Part shown: positions 20,103-29,143 of the stretch, piece after piece
Numbering within the stretch: the stretch's first letter is position 1
Layout: the number at the start of each line of letters is the position of its first letter
Assembly (NCBI GenBank): GCA_034007745.1
Contig: JAVEQI010000001.1
Location: forward strand, 118,531-182,530
Direction of reading: 5' to 3'
Length of the DNA stretch: 64,000 nt
Origin: Desulfobacterium sp.
Lineage (GTDB): Bacteria; Desulfobacterota; Desulfobacteria; Desulfobacterales; Desulfobacteraceae
The notes under the pieces: model-generated
Databases searched by the model: none
Told to the model about the DNA's origin: nothing
What the model saw: the letters and a program-made list of their open reading frames with translations, nothing else
Position numbers and translations under genes: made by a program

Positions 20103-20630
20103 TTAATCGAACAGCTGCTCAATCTCCGTCATCATGGCTGTTTCATCCATATTTTTTGCCATGGAGAGTTCCTGTACCAGAAGGTTTTGAGCAGTATCGA
20201 GAAGTTTTCTCTCACCAAACGAAAGATCCTTTTCGAGTTTGAGCTGAAAAAGATCGCGAAACACCTCTGCAATGTCATATATAGACCCGGTCTTGATCTT
20301 ATCCATATATTCACGATATCTTCGATTCCAAGTCTGCTTGTCTGTATCAGGACCCTTTGACTTCATTATCCTGTAAACTTCGGGGACATCCTTTTGTTTG
20401 ATGACCTCCCTCAGGCCTACGGATTCGACATTGGCGGTTGGTATCATTATAACCATACCATTATCAACGATCTTCATCATATAAAAGTTCATGTTTTCGC
20501 CATTTATCTCTTTTGACTCAATGGACTCGATACAACCGACTCCATGGGCCGGATAAACAGCCATATCACCCTTGAGAAACTCTTTTTTCCTGATCTTACT
20601 ACCTGAATCGCACTTTTCTTTTTCCGACAT
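20103..20630 (-). CDS. carD: CarD/CdnL-family RNA-polymerase-binding regulator
   Basis: GDMAVYPAHGVGCIESIESKEI.G....FYMMKI is the CarD_TRCF domain. The start is set at ATG 20630. Confidence 0.8.
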   Translation of the reverse strand: MSEKEKCDSGSKIRKKEFLKGDMAVYPAHGVGCIESIESKEINGENMNFYMMKIVDNGMVIMIPTANVESVGLREVIKQKDVPEVYRIMKSKGPDTDKQTWNRRYREYMDKIKTGSIYDIAEVFRDLFQLKLEKDLSFGERKLLDTAQNLLVQELSMAKNMDETAMMTEIEQLFD

Positions 20631-20734
20631 AGAAACCACCACTCTTTTTTTAAATTGTTTCAGAAACAATACGGCCATGGTTGAGTAATATAGCATATAC
20701 TCACATCAGAATCAAATCAAAATCCAAAAGAGTG

Positions 20735-21316
20735 CTATTCACGGGAATTATAAAGGTTCATGGCAGCCGTAACACCTTTTTCAATAATGGATTCACAGGC
20801 GTCTGCCCCCAGGGTTACAACCTTGCATAGCTCAATGGTCTCAGACGGGGTAAAGCGCCCCAGGACATGGCCTGTAACCCCCTGCTCGCCATGGGGCCTG
20901 CCCACACCTAACCTGACCCGATTAAACTCCTTTGTACCAAGAGCTTGGATCGTCGATCGAATACCGTTATGGCCACCGTGTCCCCGGTTAAAGGCAACGA
21001 GAAGCCTGCCAAATTCAAGATCCAGATCATCGTGAACAACAATAATGTTTGCGGGTAATATTTTAAAGTATGCTGCAAGTTGCTGAAGAGGTGGACCGCT
21101 TCTGTTCATGTAGGCCTGGGGTCTTGCTATTACAACATTGAAGCCGCTGATCAACCCCTTTGTATAAGCGGTATTTGAACGATATTTTTCAGGCGGGAAC
21201 CCATGGGTGGCAATGAGGGCCTGGGCAACAAAAAAACCAATATTGTGACGAGTCTGGGCGTATTCTCTACCGGGATTTCCCAGACCCGCCACCATGAAAA
21301 TTTGATTATCAGCCAT
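20735..21316 (-). CDS. pth: Peptidyl-tRNA hydrolase
   Basis: VAGLGNPGREYAQTRHNIGF, VVHDDLDL, GHGGHNG. Confidence 0.9.
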   Translation of the reverse strand: MADNQIFMVAGLGNPGREYAQTRHNIGFFVAQALIATHGFPPEKYRSNTAYTKGLISGFNVVIARPQAYMNRSGPPLQQLAAYFKILPANIIVVHDDLDLEFGRLLVAFNRGHGGHNGIRSTIQALGTKEFNRVRLGVGRPHGEQGVTGHVLGRFTPSETIELCKVVTLGADACESIIEKGVTAAMNLYNSRE

Positions 21317-21326
21317 AACCTTAGGC

Positions 21327-21974
21327 CTACTCTTCGACAGCCTCTTCTTCTTCTGCTGCTGCTGCTACTTCTTCTTCTTCGAGGTCTTCCTCACCTTCTT
21401 CCTCTACCTCAGCTGTAGGCGCTACAATGGTGAGAATGGTGAAATTAACCTCATGGGGAATTTCAACGTCCGGGCCCAGATCTATCTCCTCAACATGGAC
21501 GGCATCGCCAATCTCAAGGTTTGTGGTATCAATCTGAATAACCTCGGGCATGTCGCCGGGGCGGCAGATAACATCGAGCTCACGACGAATAAGCTGAAGA
21601 ATACCGCCGGCTTCTACACCGATAGACTCACCGATCGCCTCGATGGGAACAGCAATGGTGATCTTTTCATCCACGTTTATTGCCTGAAAATCTGCATGGA
21701 GATATTTGAGATCAAAGGCATCCATCTGAATCTCTTTGAGCATCACGGTTCTTGACGGCACGGTATCTCCGTTAACGGCAAGATTGATAAACAGACCTGA
21801 CTCTCCATTTATCCTTATCATGGTCGTAAGATCCAGGGTTGAAACCGAAATGGGCATGGGATCAATCTTCGGACCATAAAGAACCGCCGGAACGGCCTGA
21901 TTCTGCCTAAGATGACGGGCGGCACTTTTTCCTCTGCCCTGCCTGAGTTCAGCTTTTAAATTTACAAGTTCCAA
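21327..21974 (-). CDS. ctc: Ribosomal protein L25 / general stress protein Ctc, with an acidic tail
   Basis: RQGRGKSAARHLRQNQAVPAVLYG. TTG start with GGAGG 8 nt upstream. The position between prs and pth is the conserved one. Confidence 0.85.
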   Translation of the reverse strand: MELVNLKAELRQGRGKSAARHLRQNQAVPAVLYGPKIDPMPISVSTLDLTTMIRINGESGLFINLAVNGDTVPSRTVMLKEIQMDAFDLKYLHADFQAINVDEKITIAVPIEAIGESIGVEAGGILQLIRRELDVICRPGDMPEVIQIDTTNLEIGDAVHVEEIDLGPDVEIPHEVNFTILTIVAPTAEVEEEGEEDLEEEEVAAAAEEEEAVEE

Positions 21975-22111
21975 ATTTCTAACCTCCGTATCTGCACAAT
22001 AATGCAGCTTGATAACTATGGTTTTTTATGAAAAACTCCAACTCAAGAGTTAGGGAACTGGAAGAAAACAATAAACACACATCGTGCAGGACTTTTGTTC
22101 GTTTTTAAGGC

Positions 22112-22151
22112 GTGATGACAGGTGCATAGTGAACTATGTGCCTGTTATCAC
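22112..22151 (+). other. 18-bp hairpin with strand-specific G:U pairs (possible plus-strand structured RNA)
   Basis: GTGATGACAGGTGCATAG-TGAA-CTATGTGCCTGTTATCAC. There are 15 Watson-Crick pairs plus 3 G:U pairs if read as plus-strand RNA. The same three positions are A:C mismatches on the minus strand. Confidence 0.35.
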
Positions 22152-22278
22152 AACACAAAAAACTGATAAAAGGGCAAGCAGGATGTACATAATATTTTTT
22201 GGAGGTTCCCTTATATCCTTTGGGGAGCTTCATCGTTCGTTATGGCCGGAGTCCATCCTTCATTCCGACCGTGCCTGA

Positions 22279-23226
22279 CTATACAAAAAGAGAATTTACA
22301 GAATCCCCCCTGTAACCGCGTATGATAGCTTCACCCACAAGCCTTGCAATGCTGACGGTATGAATCTTTTCACAGAGCCCCGCCTCTTCAGACAGGGGAA
22401 TCGTATCCGTTACCACAAGTGTACCCAGTGAAGAGTTCTTTATTCTTTCAACGGCCGGCCCGGAAAGGACTGGATGGGTGCAGCAGGCGTGAACTTCCTT
22501 TGCCCCTTTGGCCAGAAGGACTCCGGCCGCCTCGGTAAGGGTTCCAGCCGTATCAACCATGTCGTCGAGAATAATGGCTGTTTTTCCCTGGACGTCTCCG
22601 ATTACTGCCATTGCCTTTGCCTGGTTAGGAGCACTCCTTCGTTTATCCACAATGGCAAGCTCGGCATGAAGACGTTTTGCAAAGGCCCTGGCGCGTTCCA
22701 CACCGCCTGCATCCGGCGAGACAACCACAAGATCTCCATTGTAGTTGTTTCTGATATACTCAAGCAGTACGGGTGCGGCATACAGGTTGTCAACTGGGAT
22801 ATTGAAAAATCCCTGAATCTGACCCGCATGCAAATCCATAGTGATAACCCGGTGAACACCACTGGTGGTAAGAAGATCTGCAATTAGCTTGGCACTGATG
22901 GGAACTCGCGGCCGCACCTTTTTATCCTGACGGGAATAGCCGAAATAAGGTATAACCGCCGTTATAGAACTGGCTGACGACCGTTTCAGGGCATCCACCA
23001 TGAGCAGAAGCTCCATCAAATTATCGTTTACCGGAGCACAGGTGGATTGAACGATAAAGATATCCTGCTTTCTGACATTTTCATTGATTTCCACCTGAAT
23101 TTCACCGTCGCTGAACCGGTTCAGCTTGATTTTTCCAAGGGGCCTTGCAAGGTATTCAGAGATCTTTTGTGAAAGAGCAGGATTTGAATTCCCTGAAAAA
23201 ACCGATATACCGTTCATAGTAAGCAT
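22279..23226 (-). CDS. prs: Ribose-phosphate pyrophosphokinase
   Basis: Full-length PRPP synthetase ([30 protein letters not shown]). The true start may be ATG 23217. Confidence 0.9.
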   Translation of the reverse strand: MLTMNGISVFSGNSNPALSQKISEYLARPLGKIKLNRFSDGEIQVEINENVRKQDIFIVQSTCAPVNDNLMELLLMVDALKRSSASSITAVIPYFGYSRQDKKVRPRVPISAKLIADLLTTSGVHRVITMDLHAGQIQGFFNIPVDNLYAAPVLLEYIRNNYNGDLVVVSPDAGGVERARAFAKRLHAELAIVDKRRSAPNQAKAMAVIGDVQGKTAIILDDMVDTAGTLTEAAGVLLAKGAKEVHACCTHPVLSGPAVERIKNSSLGTLVVTDTIPLSEEAGLCEKIHTVSIARLVGEAIIRGYRGDSVNSLFV

Positions 23227-23333
23227 CTCTTTATTTATTTAGGAAAAGCTTCCGCCGAAGTATTACAGACAAAAAAACTTCACCCTTAGTTGTGGCCGCA
23301 GCCATCATTTGTTCTGACAGTGCCGATGATTGC

Positions 23334-23408
23334 TGGCTGGGGCGGGAGGATTCGAACCTCCGAATGCAGGAATCAAAATCCTGTGTCTTACCGCTTGACG
23401 ACGCCCCA
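23334..23408 (-). tRNA. tRNA-Gln (anticodon UUG)
   Basis: The minus strand reads TGGGGCGTCGTCAAGCGGTAAGACACAGGATTTTGATTCCTGCATTCGGAGGTTCGAATCCTCCCGCCCCAGCCA. The cloverleaf is colinear with E. coli tRNA-Gln and CCA is encoded. Confidence 0.9.
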
Positions 23409-23412
23409 TCAT

Positions 23413-24309
23413 TTAAATATTACCATTAAAAAAAGATGTCAAAAATAGACGTCCTTGATCAGCCTTTACTTCTCTGCTCAACCCCTTGAAGGCCTCATTC
23501 GCCTTTGACTCCTCAGAAAAAAGTGCAAAATAAGACGAACCGCTGCCGGCCATAAGCAACCCGTCCGGCTCAAAACCTGCCATAATTTCCCTTACCCGGA
23601 TAACATCCGGACAAACTTTCAAGGCCGCCAATTCAAGATCATTGTGCAAAAGCCCCTTGACATCAAGGGCCTGGTCAATTCCAGACATATTTAACAGAGC
23701 ATTATTATTAGTTTTTTTCTTTTTTGTCAATGCAAAATTGACATTTTCATAAACCAAAGGTGTTCGGACACTAAACCCTGGAAAACAAACGACCACGTGG
23801 TAGGGCATGAGGGGTGGACAAGGGGAGAGTACCTCGCCCACCCCCCGGGCAAAGGCGGGCCCCCCATGGATAAAAAATGGTACATCAGACCCAAGAGTTA
23901 AACCCATATCCATGAGTTCCTGCTTGGAAAAAGGATGGCCGAACTGTCGATTTAGCACCTGCAGGGTAGTTGCGGCATTTGAGCTTCCGCCCCCGAGACC
24001 TGCTCCCACCGGAGTTTTTTTATTAATTGTAACACTGACCCCGATTTTTTTTCTACCCGAAGGTTCAACCGTGATGTATCGGTCGATAAACAGCACGATG
24101 GCCCGGTAAACCAGATTGGATCCGTCGTCTGGAACTTCTGGGTGATCACAGACAACGGTCACACCTGACCCTATAAAATCAAACTCAAGAAGATCACCAA
24201 AGGCAAGACAGGTCATTAAGGAATAAAGTTCATGAAACCCGTCGCTTCTTTTGCCTGTCACATAGAGAAAAAGATTGATCTTTGCCGGTGAAAACGCCTC
24301 TACTATCAC
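23413..24309 (-). CDS. ispE: 4-diphosphocytidyl-2-C-methyl-D-erythritol kinase
   Basis: PAKINLFLYVTGKRSDGFHEL and PVGAGLGGGSSNAA (GHMP kinase motif). Confidence 0.9.
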   Translation of the reverse strand: MIVEAFSPAKINLFLYVTGKRSDGFHELYSLMTCLAFGDLLEFDFIGSGVTVVCDHPEVPDDGSNLVYRAIVLFIDRYITVEPSGRKKIGVSVTINKKTPVGAGLGGGSSNAATTLQVLNRQFGHPFSKQELMDMGLTLGSDVPFFIHGGPAFARGVGEVLSPCPPLMPYHVVVCFPGFSVRTPLVYENVNFALTKKKKTNNNALLNMSGIDQALDVKGLLHNDLELAALKVCPDVIRVREIMAGFEPDGLLMAGSGSSYFALFSEESKANEAFKGLSREVKADQGRLFLTSFFNGNI

Positions 24310-24614
24310 CCCTTGGCCCTTACATAGGCCAAGCGGACCTCGTGGACAAGACTCTTGACAAGATTTGCCTCATCATTGTCAAGGTTGCCACGGGTTTTCT
24401 TTTCAAGCATAACTATCATGTCAATGGTTTGTCGTCCAAGATCAAGATTTTTACCCTTTGCGCCGGTGGCCGGATCCTCGATCTCACCCAACTGCACAAG
24501 GGCTGTTGAGTAGAGAGAGAGAATAAAGGTGGAAAAATCCACCGCCGGCATTTTTCTATCACCACCCGATGCCCCATGGTCGTCCTGCATGATAAACCCT
24601 TTTCCTTCACACAT
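24306..24614 (-). CDS. DUF1844-like small protein
   Basis: FSTFILSLYSTALVQLGEI..P.TG......L..A.Q.ID.I.ML..KT.GNL. The stop overlaps the ispE start (ATGA). The start is uncertain (24614 or 24590). Confidence 0.55.
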   Translation of the reverse strand: MCEGKGFIMQDDHGASGGDRKMPAVDFSTFILSLYSTALVQLGEIEDPATGAKGKNLDLGRQTIDMIVMLEKKTRGNLDNDEANLVKSLVHEVRLAYVRAKG

Positions 24615-24672
24615 AACATTTCTCCTTGATGTTTAGGGGTTCTCAGGGCTGCCCCTGCTCCCGCCTGCCTCC

Positions 24673-24700
24673 AGGGCAATTCGTGAATTATACCCACTAC
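24673..24700. repeat. REP-like palindromic repeat, family B (AGGGCAATTCGTGAATTATACCCACTAC)
   Basis: Related to the copies at 2746, 10841 and 42371. It overlaps the stop codon of the PPTase gene. Confidence 0.55.
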
Positions 24701-25365
24701 CCACTGTCTACTGTCTCCCAAACAACCTCGCCCCCTCCCCTTACCACCGACGCAAGGTGATCGTCCACCCAGAAATGATCGACAGTGTAACTGTTCACGC
24801 CATCATCAACAAGGGTGGTATTTGTTTGGGGTGCGCCAACTACCCTGACCCTGGCGAGACCGGCGAGCCCAACCCCCATAGTCTTGAGAACAGCCTCTTT
24901 TGAAGTAAAGGTCCTGAAAAATATCTCTACCCGATCATTGCCCCCAAAACAATCCAGCTCTTCTGGGGTCAAGATCCGTTTAAAAAGAGAGTCAGACACG
25001 GGCCGTGGTCGCTCTAAGTCAATGCCGGCAGGAGAGCTTGACACCACCCCTGCCACAAAATAGGGCTTATGGGCGATTGACCAGTGAACCCCCTGGCTGG
25101 CCAGAGGCTCACCAGCTTCGCCCTTTAACAAAACCCGGGGATAACTGCCGGTTCTTTCCCCCGAGATCCTGAGGGCCTGCCTTGCAAAACGACTTAAAGT
25201 CTTTACCGCCGATGCTCCGCCAGGCGATGTATCTGCCCTGGGAACCCTCAGGATTACGGGATAGAGGTTTAGATCTTTATTTTTTTCTAGGTTCAAACTT
25301 GATGATAACGTCTGCAACCGTTGTTCCTTCACCCGCTTCATGGACAAATAGAGGGTTGATGTCAA
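24697..25365 (-). CDS. 4'-phosphopantetheinyl transferase (Sfp-type)
   Basis: HWSIAHKPYF, AGIDLE and FTSKEAVLKTMG motifs. The only ATG starts (25365, 25341) overlap the upstream acd gene by 65-89 nt. Confidence 0.65.
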   Translation of the reverse strand: MTSTLYLSMKRVKEQRLQTLSSSLNLEKNKDLNLYPVILRVPRADTSPGGASAVKTLSRFARQALRISGERTGSYPRVLLKGEAGEPLASQGVHWSIAHKPYFVAGVVSSSPAGIDLERPRPVSDSLFKRILTPEELDCFGGNDRVEIFFRTFTSKEAVLKTMGVGLAGLARVRVVGAPQTNTTLVDDGVNSYTVDHFWVDDHLASVVRGGGEVVWETVDSG

Positions 25366-27403
25366 GCTCCTTGATCTCCGGGTGGTTGGTTACCATCTCC
25401 CGCAGACTCACAAGATTTTTCTCAAGGGCCTCAATGTCCGAGGGGGCTTCCCCCCGGATTCCGGCGAGGAGAGGGTATCCCTTGATTCCCCTGACCATCC
25501 GCCTTGCCACATTTCGTCCCATGGGAGCCATCCTAAAGACAACATCCTTGTATACCTCCACAAAGATACCCCCAAGGCCGAACATGACCGCATGACCGAA
25601 CACGTCATCACGACTCACCCCGAGGATCACCTCCCGACCCTTCTTGGCCGACTCCTGCACAAGGACCCCGTCAAGCTTAGCCATGGAGTTGTACTCCTTG
25701 GCGCTTTCCAGGATCTCTTCAAAGACCTCTTTCACCTCTTCAGGAGTTTTGATGCCCACCCTTACCCCCTTAGCGTCGGACTTGTGGAGAATCTGTTTGG
25801 AAACTATCTTCATTACAATCGGATAACCGATCCTGTCGGCAATAGCCACGGCCTCTTCGCCAGTTCTGGCAAGGGCCATATCAAGTGTGTGAAACCCGTA
25901 GCAGGCAAGGAGCCTGCTGCCGTCAAGCTCACCCATGGTGGTCTCTCCCCTGTCGAGGCAATCCTTTACAATCTGCCCTGCCTTTGCAGCGTCAAAGGAG
26001 ATATCATACTGGGGCAGAATCTTTCTTGAAAGCCACTGTTTGTTGCGGTAAAGAACCCCCATGGCCCGAGCAGCACTTTCCGGGAACTGGTACACAGGCA
26101 CACGGTTCTTCTGAAGAAGCTTAACTCCGTCGGATACGTCCACCACCCCCATGAACGCACATACAATGGGCTTAATGGCGTTCCTTGCAATATTGACAAT
26201 GGCCTCTGCCGTTCCCATGGCATCGGTCATGGACTGGGGTGTCAGTATGATCAAAACTCCGTCCACCCCTGAATCACTTAAGACGGTGGCAAGGGTATTT
26301 TCATAGCGATCCCGTGCTGCATCTCCAATCACGTCCACCGGGTTATGAAAATTTGCCGTGGGCGGCAGATATTTATGCAGTTCGGCAATGGTCTCATCTG
26401 TAAAACTTGCAAGGGACAATCCGGAGTTTTCGCTCATATCTGTGGCAATGATTCCCGGTCCGCCAGCATTGGTAACAATGGCGATCCTGTCACCTGTGGG
26501 GATTTTCTTTGCGGCAAGGGCCTGGGCATAATCAAAGAGTTCGTTGACCGTATGGCAGCGGATAATTCCGGCCTGGGAAAAAATGGCGTCATAGATGGCA
26601 TCAGAACCTGCAAGGGCACCCGTGTGGGAGGCGGCAGCCGCAGCTCCAGCAACAGATGTGCCCGACTTTATGGCGATGACCGGGGTTGGATTGATCCCGG
26701 AGGTCATCTCCCGGACCTCTGAGATAAACTCCTCAGCCCCCCGAGAGAGTTCTTCCATGTAAATCATGACCACATCGGTATTGGGATCCTTGTGATAATA
26801 GCGCAAAAGATCAAGCTCATCCACATCAGCCTTGTTGCCAATGGAGATGAACTTTGAAAACCCAAAACCCTTGTCAGCGGCAAAGTCAAGGACCGCTGTG
26901 CATAAAGCGCCACTCTGGGAGATAAACGATACGTTTCCAGCCGCTGGCATCCGGCTGGAGAAACTGGCATTAAGGGAAACCTCGGGCGCTGGGTTAATAA
27001 CCCCAAGGCAGTTGGGACCGACCAGGCGAATGTTGGCCTTACGGCACATCTCCTTGATCTCTTCCTCAATTTCAGCACCCTCACCCCTAACCTCCTTAAA
27101 CCCTGCCGACACGATCACCACCCCTTTGACTCCCTTGGCAATGCAGTCTTTCACAGCCTGAAGGGCAAGCTTCGGAGGGAGAATCACCATGGCAAGGTCG
27201 ATGGGGTCCGGGATGTTGGTCACCGAGGTGTAGCATTTTACACCTATGATGGACTTGGCCTTGGGATTAACGGGATAGATGGTCCCCTTATAACCACCAA
27301 ACAGAATATTGGCAAAAATATCATGACCCACCTTGCCCTTTTGGGTGGATGCACCGATTACGGCTATGGATTCCGGGGCAAAAATCGCATCTAACTTGTC
27401 CAT
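25277..27403 (-). CDS. acd: Acetyl-CoA synthetase (ADP-forming), fused alpha/beta (NDP-forming acyl-CoA synthetase family)
   Basis: FAPESIAVIGAS... is a CoA-binding domain. SHTGALAG is the phosphohistidine loop. An ATP-grasp C-terminal half is present. Start ATG 27403 follows AAGGAG. Confidence 0.85.
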   Translation of the reverse strand: MDKLDAIFAPESIAVIGASTQKGKVGHDIFANILFGGYKGTIYPVNPKAKSIIGVKCYTSVTNIPDPIDLAMVILPPKLALQAVKDCIAKGVKGVVIVSAGFKEVRGEGAEIEEEIKEMCRKANIRLVGPNCLGVINPAPEVSLNASFSSRMPAAGNVSFISQSGALCTAVLDFAADKGFGFSKFISIGNKADVDELDLLRYYHKDPNTDVVMIYMEELSRGAEEFISEVREMTSGINPTPVIAIKSGTSVAGAAAAASHTGALAGSDAIYDAIFSQAGIIRCHTVNELFDYAQALAAKKIPTGDRIAIVTNAGGPGIIATDMSENSGLSLASFTDETIAELHKYLPPTANFHNPVDVIGDAARDRYENTLATVLSDSGVDGVLIILTPQSMTDAMGTAEAIVNIARNAIKPIVCAFMGVVDVSDGVKLLQKNRVPVYQFPESAARAMGVLYRNKQWLSRKILPQYDISFDAAKAGQIVKDCLDRGETTMGELDGSRLLACYGFHTLDMALARTGEEAVAIADRIGYPIVMKIVSKQILHKSDAKGVRVGIKTPEEVKEVFEEILESAKEYNSMAKLDGVLVQESAKKGREVILGVSRDDVFGHAVMFGLGGIFVEVYKDVVFRMAPMGRNVARRMVRGIKGYPLLAGIRGEAPSDIEALEKNLVSLREMVTNHPEIKELDINPLFVHEAGEGTTVADVIIKFEPRKK

Positions 27404-27433
27404 TGTTTCTCCTTGCATGTTTCTCCTACCTTC

Positions 27434-28198
27434 CTAATTCAGCTTTTTGACGACATGTTCCATTAATTCATCCACAGCCTTAACCGCCACAGAATCATCG
27501 GGCAACTCCATCAACGAACGCCTCTCCATATCAAAATCAAGAAGTGCGGTATCATCTGGAATAGTGCAGATTATTGGAACTCCGATTTTTTCACACTCGT
27601 CCAGAAATTTCTGTCCAAGCTTGGCCGGTGCACGATTGACAACGAGGCCCACATTTTTGACGTTCAGCTTCAGGTCGGGCAGCATGGATTTAATCCTGCC
27701 AACGGCCCTTAACCCCCGCAGGGCATAGTCTGTGATGAGCAGCAGCATGTCCACATTGCCCCTGGTCCTCCGGCTCAAGTGCTCCATACCTGCCTCATTG
27801 TCCACCATGAGGTACTTATAATTTTTCTCAAGTTCTTCTGTAAAGCGGTTGAGAATGTTGTTGACCATGCAGTAGCACCCCTGGCCCTCCTGACGGCCCA
27901 TCACGAGAAGATCGTACTTCTCCTCTTCGATTATCACCTGATTTATGAGCATCTCAAGGTATACTATCTTGTCCATCCCCGAAGGAACCCCCTGGGGATC
28001 TCTCATGAAATCTTCCCTAACATCCCCCACGGTTTTATCGACCTTTATGCCAAGAGTTTCTCCGAGGTTGCTGTTGGGGTCGGCGTCAACCGCAAGCACG
28101 GGGGATTCCCCCCTGTTTGTCAATTGACGCAAAATCAGAGCCGCCACAGTAGTTTTACCAACACCTCCCTTTCCGGCCAGTGCAATTACCTTACTCAT
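27434..28198 (-). CDS. cooC: CooC-type Ni-insertion ATPase for CODH/ACS
   Basis: P-loop AGKGGVGKTT and the CXC motif GCYCMV. MinD/ParA fold. Confidence 0.85.
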   Translation of the reverse strand: MSKVIALAGKGGVGKTTVAALILRQLTNRGESPVLAVDADPNSNLGETLGIKVDKTVGDVREDFMRDPQGVPSGMDKIVYLEMLINQVIIEEEKYDLLVMGRQEGQGCYCMVNNILNRFTEELEKNYKYLMVDNEAGMEHLSRRTRGNVDMLLLITDYALRGLRAVGRIKSMLPDLKLNVKNVGLVVNRAPAKLGQKFLDECEKIGVPIICTIPDDTALLDFDMERRSLMELPDDSVAVKAVDELMEHVVKKLN

Positions 28199-28227
28199 AC
28201 CGTCTCCCTGGGCAAAACCTGCCCCCT

Positions 28228-28446
28228 TTATTTATAATTTTCCAAATTCTGTGCAAACCCCTGAAAATCTGCCTTAAGGAGAAAACGTGAAATCATCTCT
28301 CCAAGCTTGTCTGCCGTGTCCACCCGGTAAATACCGCTGTCGTCTTTGCCGGCAACGGCCTTGGCGTTTGCGACCACACTTTTCAAGGCCTCAACGCCTA
28401 TATCCAGATTGACCTGAACGGTCACCATATCCTGTTCATTTTCCAT
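28228..28446 (-). CDS. Small hypothetical protein (72 aa), translationally coupled to the NifU-like gene
   Basis: TGATG stop/start overlap at 28444-28448. I recognised no family. Confidence 0.45.
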   Translation of the reverse strand: MENEQDMVTVQVNLDIGVEALKSVVANAKAVAGKDDSGIYRVDTADKLGEMISRFLLKADFQGFAQNLENYK

Positions 28447-28895
28447 CAGGCTCTGCCCTTGCTTTCATTGGAACCTGTCATATAAACCCTTAATGCCTCC
28501 TGCACGGTTCCGGCTGCAAGAAAGGCACAATGCCTGTCATCTTCCGGCATACTGCCAAGCTTAGACAGTATCAGATCTCCTGTGATGTCTGCAAGCTCTT
28601 CAACACGCATGCCAATGGCCAGCTCTGCGGCAAAAGATCCACACACATTACTTGATCCGCAACCATCGGTAATATAGGAAGCCCCTATCACCCGGTCCCT
28701 TTCAAACTTGAGGTAAATATCCATGGAATCCCCGCAATCTCCCAGGGCGTGGCCATGGACATCAAAATCTTCCAGCCTGCCCCGGAATCTGGGGTTCTGC
28801 CATCGTTTAAACCCCTCTTCGCCAAGGGAAGCTCTTGCCTCTTCAAAAATTTTATCCTGGAGTTCGTCAAGGAATACATCCAGCTTATCTGTCAT
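28446..28895 (-). CDS. IscU/NifU-N-terminal-like Fe-S cluster scaffold protein
   Basis: GDCGDSM, DGCGSS and HCAFLA are the three-Cys IscU signature. I prefer ATG 28895 (GGAG 6 nt upstream) to ATG 28907, which has no SD. Confidence 0.75.
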   Translation of the reverse strand: MTDKLDVFLDELQDKIFEEARASLGEEGFKRWQNPRFRGRLEDFDVHGHALGDCGDSMDIYLKFERDRVIGASYITDGCGSSNVCGSFAAELAIGMRVEELADITGDLILSKLGSMPEDDRHCAFLAAGTVQEALRVYMTGSNESKGRA

Positions 28896-28908
28896 CTTTA
28901 TCTCCATT

Positions 28909-28936
28909 GTTAGCTGTTAGCTTTTAACTGTTAGCT
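28909..28936. repeat. GTTAGCT heptamer array, family C (GTTAGCTGTTAGCTTTTAACTGTTAGCT)
   Basis: Three direct GTTAGCT copies. The core AGCTGTTAGCTTTTA is identical to 2789-2803. Confidence 0.55.
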
Positions 28937-29080
28937 ACTACCTACTGACTACAAACAAATATGCATAAGGTAGAACAAAATCTGAAAATTGCAATAATAT
29001 TAACCAAAAAACATCAATTCTAATTTTGGATATCAGTATCAAAAGGGAGGGCGACAGTCGGTATCCCCCTGCTGAACATA

Positions 29081-29126
29081 AAAAACAAAAAAAGCCGGAA
29101 AGCAGCGGGCGCTGCTTTCCGGCTTT
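29081..29126 (-). terminator. Rho-independent terminator of folD
   Basis: 16-bp stem AAAGCCGGAAAGCAGC / GCTGCTTTCCGGCTTT with a T-run on the minus strand. Confidence 0.8.
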
Positions 29127-29143
29127 GTCAAATCTGATTAAAT

